NCBI GenBank assembly: GCA_018238155.1
Contig: JABCTZ010000033.1
Location: 44,002-108,001 of the forward strand
Origin: Candidatus Heimdallarchaeota archaeon
Lineage (GTDB): Archaea > Asgardarchaeota > Heimdallarchaeia > JABLTI01
Length of the DNA stretch: 64,000 nucleotides
Reading direction: 5' to 3'
In this document: one piece after another, positions 22,220-30,473 of the stretch
Layout of the letters: each line of letters opens with the position of its first letter
How positions within the stretch are numbered: the first letter of the stretch is position 1
Program-made: the position numbers and the translations under genes
The notes under the pieces: model-generated
Databases searched by the model: none
What the model was told of the DNA's origin: nothing
Seen by the model: the letters and a program-made list of their open reading frames with translations, nothing else

Positions 22220-22822
22220 TTACTTGTTGCCTTTTGCTAATTGTCTTTCACGTTTTTGTTTTTCTAGGAATTCAGGTGTAAGATAATCCCAGTTATTTTC
22301 TCGATTTAGCATTATTTCTTTCAGTTGCTCAAAGGAGACTAATTTGTAATCATTCGCTTCTAAGCAAACATTATAACGTTTCCCAAGTATCTCTTTGTTA
22401 GTATCACTATGATGATGACCATATAATTGCCAGGTGTTGTGATGAGACGCACTAAATGTGTGCATTGGGTAATGGCAAAGTGTTATCTTTTCACCTTCAA
22501 GATTAATTGTCCTCAAAGGTGAAATTGATTTACAATGTTGTTCTAAAACATTTTGAATCTTATAGTCGTGGTTCCCAAGTATACAGTGAAATATTGTTGT
22601 TTCTGTAATCTGTTCTAACAGTTCAACAATTTTGGAAAATTGAGATTTACTACTAAAAGCAAAGTCACCGAGGAAGTAAACTGTATCACCCTTCTTCACT
22701 GTAGCAAAGAACATATCAAGGATGGCTTTGTTCATCTCTAAGACATTGTTAAATGGACGTTTAGCATATTTGATAATATTCGAGTGCCTTAAGTGCCAAT
22801 CAGAGGTAAAATATGTTGGCAT
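22220..22822 (-). CDS. Calcineurin-like metallophosphoesterase
   Basis: SDWH, GDF, GNHD, CHYP and YGHHH motifs. Confidence 0.88.
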   Translation of the reverse strand: MPTYFTSDWHLRHSNIIKYAKRPFNNVLEMNKAILDMFFATVKKGDTVYFLGDFAFSSKSQFSKIVELLEQITETTIFHCILGNHDYKIQNVLEQHCKSISPLRTINLEGEKITLCHYPMHTFSASHHNTWQLYGHHHSDTNKEILGKRYNVCLEANDYKLVSFEQLKEIMLNRENNWDYLTPEFLEKQKRERQLAKGNK

Positions 22823-23002
22823 TCTTTAATTCTCCATCAATAAATATATCTCTATTTTCATTTCGAAAATTGATAACTAAAATATAAATGAGTTTCTATA
22901 AGAAAAAGACAGTTAAAATTACATAACTATCCATATGAATCTCCAGCTTATTTGGATAGGTTTCTCAAAAAAATTACTAATGGTTGTTATGTAATGGGTT
23001 GT

Positions 23003-23074
23003 TTATTCAATCCCATAATAATATCCTTTCTGTTTCTGATAACAAATATTACACTTACACATTGTCCATATCTG
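23003..23074 (-). pseudogene. PLD nuclease 3'-end fragment
   Basis: QIWTMCKCNICYQKQKGYYYGIE* versus QIWNGNECKGCYQKQKGYCKGI*. Confidence 0.8.
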
Positions 23075-23221
23075 AATTTGTTGATAGTTCGGCTATATTC
23101 AACATAATCCAGTATCATCTGCTATTTTGATTTTTTCAAAAAAAATCTAAACTCATTAACTGAAATCTTTATTAAACAAGTATAATTCCATTCAAATAGT
23201 AATTATTGAGGTGTTTATTCA

Positions 23222-23401
23222 ATGTCAAATGTTATCCAACGTAATTTTACTGAAAACATGAAATGCCCTATTTGTAATAAAGCGATATCAAGTTTACTTG
23301 AAATATGGAGCACAAGAGAAAGCAAAAAAGCTAATATTGGTGTATCAATAGTTTTTCTATGTCCAAAGTGTAGATCAATCCTAAAAATCGCACGACCTTA
23401 A
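23222..23401 (+). CDS. 59-aa zinc-ribbon microprotein (not in the ORF track)
   Basis: MSNVIQRNFTENMKCPICNKAISSLLEIWSTRESKKANIGVSIVFLCPKCRSILKIARP; GAGGTG RBS; paralog at 56912. Confidence 0.75.
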   Translation: MSNVIQRNFTENMKCPICNKAISSLLEIWSTRESKKANIGVSIVFLCPKCRSILKIARP

Positions 23402-23633
23402 AAAACGTTAATTGTACTTCAATTAAAACACAATTACTTTTTTAATTGCTAAATAATATAATGACATTTTCAATTGTATCTATTTTTGAGAGAGGATATT
23501 GACTTATTTTTGTATGGATGAAAATAAGAATCGAATAGCCATAAAATATCCTTATTTTATTGATGATTTAGTAATAATTGGAAATCATTTCATTAAATGT
23601 TATAAATAGAATAAGTTTAGGGCTTTGTCAAAT

Positions 23634-23912
23634 TAAATTCTTTTGCAATAGCCTTTTGTTTTTGATAGCAACCTTTACACTCATTCCCATTCCAAATCTG
23701 CTCCAACTGATATTCAATAGCAGCAATTACTTTCTGATCAATAGTTATTGTTCCTATCTCGAAATTATTCTTGCCTTTACGAGTTCTTGTACCTATCCCC
23801 GCACCTGTTAGATTTGCTGAAGTAAACCTAAGTTCCATCTACTATGATGGTTTTTATATGCATCTCATAGCAAAATTTGAATTCATTTTTTACAATATTT
23901 TTTCATTTTTGA
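23634..23912 (-). pseudogene. PLD nuclease 3'-half fragment
   Basis: EFKFCYEMHIKTIIVDGT*VYF..ANLTGAGIGTRTRKGKNNFEIG...CKGCYQKQ; 3' part near-identical to 53599..54153, with stops and frameshifts. Confidence 0.92.
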
Positions 23913-24104
23913 TTTATTATTCTTTAAACTAATGCAAAGAGAGTTAGCAAAATGAATAAAACTCTTGAAGGTTTATTCATTAAATAACATTACAAGCTGT
24001 TTTTTTTATGAAGGGTAAACATATGAAGACTTACTGCCATGATAAAATTTAACGAAAATAAAGATTCAAACATTTAAAGGAATAATGATCTTGTTAATTC
24101 TTTT

Positions 24105-24458
24105 GATGTTGAAGTATAAGATTTAATGAAGCATTTCAAAGGGAAAAGTAGAATGTTTGGTGTTTTAGTAGTAAATGAAATATCTTTTCATGTAGAAATA
24201 AGTGAAGTCTTTGGACTTTAAGGAACTAATGGAGAAGGAAAAACAACTACCATTAGAATTTTTACTGGTACACTTTCGCCAATAGAAGGCACAGCTACTG
24301 TTGGTGGATTTGATTTAAAATATGATATTCAAATGATTAGTGTTTGTCCACAAGAATCTGCTAAATACAAATTTCTTTCAGGTATTGGGAATATCAAATT
24401 CTTCGGAAACTTGCATCTGATGCCAAAAGATCAGATAATCGAACGTGGAGAAGAGCTA
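24105..24458 (+). pseudogene. ABC transporter ATP-binding protein fragment
   Basis: ISFHVEISEVFGL*GTNGEGKTTTIRIFTGTLSPIEGTATVGG...VCPQE; Walker A region with in-frame stops. Confidence 0.85.
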
Positions 24459-24690
24459 AAGCAATTTATAGGTAACCAATAATTTTTAAAATATTCAGCT
24501 AAAGGCTTTTTTTTCTCTTTTACAGCATTCGAAAAATAGCAGTAAGATTATTTTTTACCGTTAAATACTGTTATGTTTATATATATTGTTAGTCCTAAAT
24601 GCTTGTCAAAAAAAAATAACGAAAATGAAGTTTATGTGGAATAGAAAATTCTCATTTTTCTGAAGCTTTTTTGATTGAGGAGATTTACAT

Positions 24691-27330
24691 TTGAAAAATA
24701 AAAAGTTGACGTTAACAGTCATTGCTATTTTCTTCATAACAATGGTTTTTCTAAGTAGACCAAATAACCTGTATTTGGTAGATGGACGGGAGCAACAAAG
24801 CACCTATATAACACAAGATAACATCGTTTTACCTGCTGCTCCACAATTCATATATGATGTTGAAAGTACAATAGACGAGCTGCTTGGTAGTAGTAATTAT
24901 GTTTTTGTTGTTGGAGACTTAGCATATGTTAGCTCAAAAACATTCAGTAGTGGAGACTTTGATGGGTTGGTTATTTATAATGTGAGTGAACCAACTGACC
25001 CAGTAATATTGAGTACTTTTGCTATGACATATATAGAAGAAATATGGGTGGAAGGAGATTATGTTTATGTTGCAGGATACCACGATGGATTAATCATTAT
25101 AGATGTGTCAGACCCAACTACTCCAACTCAAATAGCAAATTTAGATGATCCAGGAGTAAATGAAGGAATATATGTAGTTGGAAACTTTGCTTATTTGACT
25201 GATTATTATTTCGGATTAGATATTTTTGATATTAGTACACCAACGAGTCCAGTAAAAGTAGGGCAATACTTGAATGATAATAAAACATCGGCTGTTTTTG
25301 TTGCAGGAAATTATGCTTATATAGAAAATGGCACAAATCATATTGAAATAATTGACATTAGCACTCCAGCAACACCAGTCAGAGTAGGGGTTTGGACAGA
25401 TAATAATGTCGGCTCTATAAATGATATATTTGTATCAGGAAACTATGCTTATATAGCAGATTGGGATTATGGATTGACAATTCTTGATATCAGCACCCCT
25501 TCAAATCCAACAAAAGTAAGACAAGTTTCAAATGGTAATAATAGAAATGGGGTAGGAGTATATGTCTTTGGTAACTACTTATTTGTTGTAGATGGAGGAT
25601 TAAAGGTATTTGAGATTTCAGACCCAGAAAATCCAGTAGAAGTTGTAGATGAAAGTATTGGCGCAGGAAGTAAAATATTTGTAAAAGAATTATATGCGTA
25701 CATAGTTAGAAAACATTCAGGTCTCTCTGTTATAAGATATGGTTATGATGGAGATGGGGATGAGCTAACTGATTTCGAAGAAACGAATATCTACGGAACA
25801 GGAATTGCAGATGATGACTCTGATGATGATAACGTTTATGATGGAATTGAAGTTCACACTTATGGATCAGATCCATTGGATGTGGATACGGATGACGATG
25901 GGCTTTCTGATTATGACGAAATAGTAACATATAACACAAATCCAACATTGGCTGACACAGATGATGACGGTCTTCAAGACGGAGAAGAAGTAATATTAGG
26001 TACAGATGGTTTCATCACTGATCCAAACGATTCCGATAGCGAGGATGATGGACTTAACGATGGAGATGAATATTCAGCAGGATCAAACCCACTTATCTCC
26101 GATTCCGACGCAGATGGACTTTCAGATGGGGATGAAGTTCATAATTATTTTACAGATCCAAATATATCAGATGCTGGACTTGATTCAGATTCAGATGGCT
26201 TGACAAATGTGGAGGAAGTGGATTCCTATTCTACTGATCCGTTAGACAATGATTCCGATGACGATGGGCTTTTAGATGGGGCAGAAGTTAATACTCACAA
26301 TTCTGACCCAAATGACACAGACAGCGATGATGATTCTATTTTAGACCAAGAAGAAGTTACAGTTGGTGCAGATGGTTTTATCACTGATCCGAACAACTCA
26401 GATACTGATCAAGATGGAATAGATGATTCTGATGAAATTGTCACTTACTCTACAGATCCAACTGATGAGGATAGTGATGATGACGGTCTTCAAGATGGAG
26501 AAGAAGTAATATTAGGTACAGATGGTTTCATTACTGATCCAAACGATTCCGATTGCGATGATGATGGACTTAACGATGGAGATGAAGCTGCAAATAATAG
26601 TAATCCATATGTTTCTGATTCCGATTTTGATGGTTTGAGTGATTACGATGAGGTATACACTCATCATACTTTGCCAGATGTCTTTGACTCCGATGCAGAT
26701 TTGCTTAGTGATTATGATGAAGTTAATACCTATCTCACAGATCCTATGGATAACGATACCGATGACGATGGACTTCTAGATGGGTTTGAGGTTGCGTTAG
26801 GTATCAATCCTCTTGATAACGATCATGATGATGATGGTTTGATAGATGGTGATGAGCAAGCAAATGGTTCTGACTATTTTGATCCTGACACCGATGACGA
26901 TGGTCTGTTAGACGGGGAAGAAGTTCACATATATCATACTTTTCCAACACTCGCTGATTCTGACATGGATGGTTTAGATGATTTTGAAGAGGTAAACCTT
27001 GGTATTGATGGCTACATAACAGATCCACTAGATATCGATTCTGATGATGACGGCATATCTGATTTAGAAGAAGTAACTGTTGGAGATGATGGGTTTCTCA
27101 CTAATCCAAATAATGCCGATACCGATGGAGACTCTTACAACGATGGTTATGAGGTTTATATTGGTACGGACCCAACCGATCCACTTGATTATCCTTATAC
27201 TCCTACTTCAACATCCACTCCTTCTCCAACAAATGAAGGTTCGCTAATAGGTGGAATTGTGGGCTGTTTAAGTATTCTATTCTCATCTTTAGCTCTGATT
27301 CAATTTTTAACAAAAAGAAGAAAAGTTTGA
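24691..27330 (+). CDS. Surface protein: signal peptide, LVIVD repeats, many DxDxDG Ca-binding (TSP3-like) repeats, C-terminal TM and basic tail
   Basis: GNYAYIAD...GLTILDISTP repeats; DTDDDGLxDGEE repeats; Thr/Pro linker; TM followed by KRRKV. Confidence 0.88.
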   Translation: MKNKKLTLTVIAIFFITMVFLSRPNNLYLVDGREQQSTYITQDNIVLPAAPQFIYDVESTIDELLGSSNYVFVVGDLAYVSSKTFSSGDFDGLVIYNVSEPTDPVILSTFAMTYIEEIWVEGDYVYVAGYHDGLIIIDVSDPTTPTQIANLDDPGVNEGIYVVGNFAYLTDYYFGLDIFDISTPTSPVKVGQYLNDNKTSAVFVAGNYAYIENGTNHIEIIDISTPATPVRVGVWTDNNVGSINDIFVSGNYAYIADWDYGLTILDISTPSNPTKVRQVSNGNNRNGVGVYVFGNYLFVVDGGLKVFEISDPENPVEVVDESIGAGSKIFVKELYAYIVRKHSGLSVIRYGYDGDGDELTDFEETNIYGTGIADDDSDDDNVYDGIEVHTYGSDPLDVDTDDDGLSDYDEIVTYNTNPTLADTDDDGLQDGEEVILGTDGFITDPNDSDSEDDGLNDGDEYSAGSNPLISDSDADGLSDGDEVHNYFTDPNISDAGLDSDSDGLTNVEEVDSYSTDPLDNDSDDDGLLDGAEVNTHNSDPNDTDSDDDSILDQEEVTVGADGFITDPNNSDTDQDGIDDSDEIVTYSTDPTDEDSDDDGLQDGEEVILGTDGFITDPNDSDCDDDGLNDGDEAANNSNPYVSDSDFDGLSDYDEVYTHHTLPDVFDSDADLLSDYDEVNTYLTDPMDNDTDDDGLLDGFEVALGINPLDNDHDDDGLIDGDEQANGSDYFDPDTDDDGLLDGEEVHIYHTFPTLADSDMDGLDDFEEVNLGIDGYITDPLDIDSDDDGISDLEEVTVGDDGFLTNPNNADTDGDSYNDGYEVYIGTDPTDPLDYPYTPTSTSTPSPTNEGSLIGGIVGCLSILFSSLALIQFLTKRRKV
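25960..26586 (+). repeat. Internal 111-bp near-identical duplication (25960-26070 and 26476-26586)
   Basis: Both encode DDDGLQDGEEVILGTDGFITDPNDSDxxDDGLNDGDE with few nucleotide differences. Confidence 0.9.
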
Positions 27331-27590
27331 GATCAACTCTCATCTTTTCTATTCTGTTTTTTCTATCCTTCCAACTTTCGTATTAATATAGTTTAAAGCT
27401 TATTTGAATGAATTAGCAGGATAAAGTACAACTTTGGTTTTCATGATTTCATGCAATCCTTTTGTTATAATACTTAGTCAGATGTTCTAGCAAGTCAATA
27501 TAACCAGCGCGATTATTTTTTTTGCTGTTTTCCAAACACATTTTTTATATACCTATGTTGGTAATTGAATGGTAGTAAGGTAGTATTCCA

Positions 27591-27808
27591 ATGACTAATC
27601 TATCCCATAAAAGAAAGAGTATTAAGACTAAAGAATTTGTCTGCAAGCGAATCCATGTAATTACAAGCAAATTTAATTGATGATTTAGTTCGAATTTACT
27701 TAGCATCTCTAATAAGAGAATATTCAAATGCTACTTTTGATGAGCTTATTCAATATGGTCATGAAGAAACTCATTATAAAAAACGAAGGAGAGAATATCG
27801 TGTTTAGT
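27591..27808 (+). pseudogene. Frameshifted small putative antitoxin, copy of 52522..52755
   Basis: 27539-27800 is near-identical to 52469-52729; extra base near the start. Confidence 0.8.
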
Positions 27809-28389
27809 TACAGACGTTTTCAAGAACTAGCAGAAATTGCAGTAACTTGTTTAGATGAAAGCATCATTGATTATGTTCTTGTGGGAGGTGCAACTATTGG
27901 TGTGTATGGCACTATTCGTTCATCCGAAGGTTTTGATTTCATGCTAGTATTAGAGAATACAGAAGAGAAGAAAATTAATACTTTTGTTGAATGTCTTCAA
28001 AGAAATGATCTTTCGCTTACGGTTAATGAGTTAATGAAAGGTTTAGAAAAAAAACTCTCATATCACAGTTTTTGATTTAAAGAATCCAATATTACGTTTA
28101 GATTTAAAACAAATTAGAACTAAACTCGATTATTCAACTTATGATTTACGAAGAGAAATTGATCTATTCGAAACAAGTAAAACATTTTGGATTACAGCAC
28201 CCGAATCATTAATCATAGTAAAACTCCTGCCAGGATTTAGATGATGTTAGAAGTATCCAACTAAGATCATCTGATTTATTAAATTGGTCTTTACTTGAAA
28301 AATTATCAATTTCTTTTGGTTCTGAAAAAATATTGAACAAAATCAGAAATGAATTTAATTCATATGTAAATAAATCTAGATTATTGTGA
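27801..28389 (+). pseudogene. Frameshifted nucleotidyltransferase (DUF6036/AbiEii-like)
   Basis: YVLVGGATIGVYGTIRSSEGFDF (RxTxDxD motif degenerate); later WITAPESLIIVKLLP; homologous to 52772-53335. Confidence 0.75.
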
Positions 28390-28410
28390 ACACTGAGAAA
28401 TAATCAAATA

Positions 28411-28455
28411 CTACTCAATGCCCTTTCGATATCCTTTCCATTTCGGATAGCTTTC
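28411..28455 (-). pseudogene. PLD nuclease 3'-end fragment
   Basis: ESYPKWKGYRKGIE* is colinear with the PLD tail CYQK(Q/N)KGYC(K/Q)GI(E). Confidence 0.65.
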
Positions 28456-28497
28456 ATTGACTTGAAATCAAAATAGTATGTTTGCAAATAAGAAAAA

Positions 28498-28914
28498 TCA
28501 GCACTCTCTATTTAGTATGCCATCAAATTCTGAATCAAAACTGGCAATTGAATCTATTTCAAATGATTGAGCTACAGCTATTAACAAACAATCAACAAAA
28601 CTCAAAGGTCTTTTTTGTGTTGCATATTTTTGAAATAATAACCATGCATTATCTATGTCTTCTTTCTTTATAATTAATGGTTGTACTAAAGCTGCTTCTA
28701 CAGAATAAATTAGATCCCAAGCTTTTGCCACTACATCCATTCTTCTTGTTTTCTTAAATAAGAAAGTTGCAGCCTCTGTAAAAACTTCTGATATTGAATA
28801 TCTGTTTCCATATTTTCCTGAAAGGAGCTTAACAACTATTTCTTTTGCACGTTGATGATTCTTATCTCTCTTATTCAGAAACGCAACAAAAACATTGGTA
28901 TCAACTAAAATCAA
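28498..28914 (-). CDS. vapC: PIN domain (VapC-like) toxin
   Basis: MILVDTNVFVA, E in the second helix, LSFVDC, SFDSEF. Confidence 0.88.
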   Translation of the reverse strand: MILVDTNVFVAFLNKRDKNHQRAKEIVVKLLSGKYGNRYSISEVFTEAATFLFKKTRRMDVVAKAWDLIYSVEAALVQPLIIKKEDIDNAWLLFQKYATQKRPLSFVDCLLIAVAQSFEIDSIASFDSEFDGILNREC

Positions 28915-29244
28915 CTATTCAGCTCCATACAAAACTTCATCGACCTCTTCAGATAAAGATTCTGTTCCTTCTCCAAGATCTAAAATATATTTCTTTTCCA
29001 AGGAACTTATCTCTTCTTTATCCCACACTCTGCTTGCTTTTTGAAGAACAGCTATAAATTCATCTAGCTTCTCATCAGAAAACTGTACACAAAAACTAAG
29101 CAAATCTTGTTGGGTAAATTTCTTACCTGTTTTCAGCAAGATTTTAGCGGCTAGCTGATCTAACTTATTCTTATCAACAATTTTAACAGAAGACATAATT
29201 CCACCAGGTATAAAAGTAGAAAAGTAGAATAAAAGTCTTACCAT
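28915..29244 (-). CDS. Putative antitoxin (likely start 29196, MSSVKIVD)
   Basis: Directly upstream of PIN; RHH-like N-terminus; ends LSEEVDEVLYG as in archaeal VapB-like antitoxins. Confidence 0.75.
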   Translation of the reverse strand: MVRLLFYFSTFIPGGIMSSVKIVDKNKLDQLAAKILLKTGKKFTQQDLLSFCVQFSDEKLDEFIAVLQKASRVWDKEEISSLEKKYILDLGEGTESLSEEVDEVLYGAE

Positions 29245-29258
29245 TTAAATATCCACTT

Positions 29259-29816
29259 TCATATTTCAATTCCTTGACAATATCCTTTATTTTTCTGATA
29301 GCAATTTTCACAATGTTTCCCTTTCCAAATTTCTGCTAGTAGTTGCTCAATATTTTGAATTACTTGTTCATCAATCGTTATTGTTCCAATCTCAAAGTTA
29401 TTTCTTCCTTTTCTAGTTCTTGATCCTAAACCTGCGCCTGTTAGATTTGCAGAACCGAAGTAAAGCCATGTCGAGTCAATAAGAACAATTTTCATATGCA
29501 AATTGTAACAGAATTTGAACTCAATATTCTCGACATTTTTTAATTTTTGATAAAATTTCTTTTCTTTTTCTTTAGGTGCAAGAATGAACTTAATTTTTAT
29601 TCCTTGTTTTGCTAATTGATATATTCTCTGTGAGAATTGAAATGCTTCTTTTGTTTTTGGATTTGGAATCATAAAATCAGTTACTTTCGCACTAGCAAAC
29701 CAAATTCCTTTTTTTGCTTTCATAAATCCATTATGTACTATATACTCAAATGAATCTCCATCATTTCCATAGAACAAATAACCTTGATATTCAACTGACA
29801 AATATAACACCATCAT
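29259..29816 (-). CDS. PLD-family single-HKD nuclease-like protein, intact copy A
   Basis: NLHMKIVLID...GSANLTGAG...NFEIG; C-terminal CxxC-x7-C. Confidence 0.88.
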   Translation of the reverse strand: MMVLYLSVEYQGYLFYGNDGDSFEYIVHNGFMKAKKGIWFASAKVTDFMIPNPKTKEAFQFSQRIYQLAKQGIKIKFILAPKEKEKKFYQKLKNVENIEFKFCYNLHMKIVLIDSTWLYFGSANLTGAGLGSRTRKGRNNFEIGTITIDEQVIQNIEQLLAEIWKGKHCENCYQKNKGYCQGIEI

Positions 29817-30139
29817 AATATTGTTAGAATTCCTATTTATACATCAGTATTTTACCATCTTTTTTCTCAGAAAAAATCAAATAATCATCCATCTTTCCTT
29901 TTTTATTTCCTTCTTTCTAACTTTTTTAGTAATTATGTTGATATTGATTTTAAAGCTAAGAAATTTTCAATCCTAACAAACAATAACTATCAATTATTTT
30001 GATGTTTTTATATGCAAAATTAGCTCCATTAAAGATAGATGTTTAGAAAAAGTTAACCTCGAAAATAACCTTTTTCTATTTTTTCAACGAATCGAGTTCT
30101 TCTTTATATTTGCCAATATTTATTGCAATGATTACTAAA

Positions 30140-30355
30140 TCAAATGCTCGAAGAACCAGTGGATATGTTATCGGAATTATTGTTCTTGGAGTAATAGCAG
30201 ATTATTCACAGTTAGGTATCTATGTTATGTTAAGAGTTTCACTAATCTTCGCATCAATAGCTTTTATTTTTGCTATATTGCTCTATTTTATTAAAACTCC
30301 ACCTATCGAACAAAATAAGATGGAAAATACTGATCCGGTTAAGAAGATAATTTGA
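30140..30355 (+). pseudogene. C-terminal fragment of an MFS transporter paralogous to 57242..58579
   Basis: GYVIGIIVLGVIADYS...VMLRVSLIFA matches GYVIGIILLGVIADHS...VMLRISLIFA. Confidence 0.85.
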
Positions 30356-30473
30356 TCAAACATTTTAAGTGTTTTTGTAACCAATTATAATCTTTGTATT
30401 TATTTACCAATCTGCTTATTTCAAAAGCATTTAATAACTAAAGAGCTAATTACAGCTTGTTTCTGGAGTTTAT

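Noticed and set aside
23535-23563. Additional weak PLD-tail-like matches (also near 19770-19795, 43900-43920 and 60545-60571)
   Set aside because: They are short, AT-rich and need gaps. They are not counted without a statistical search.
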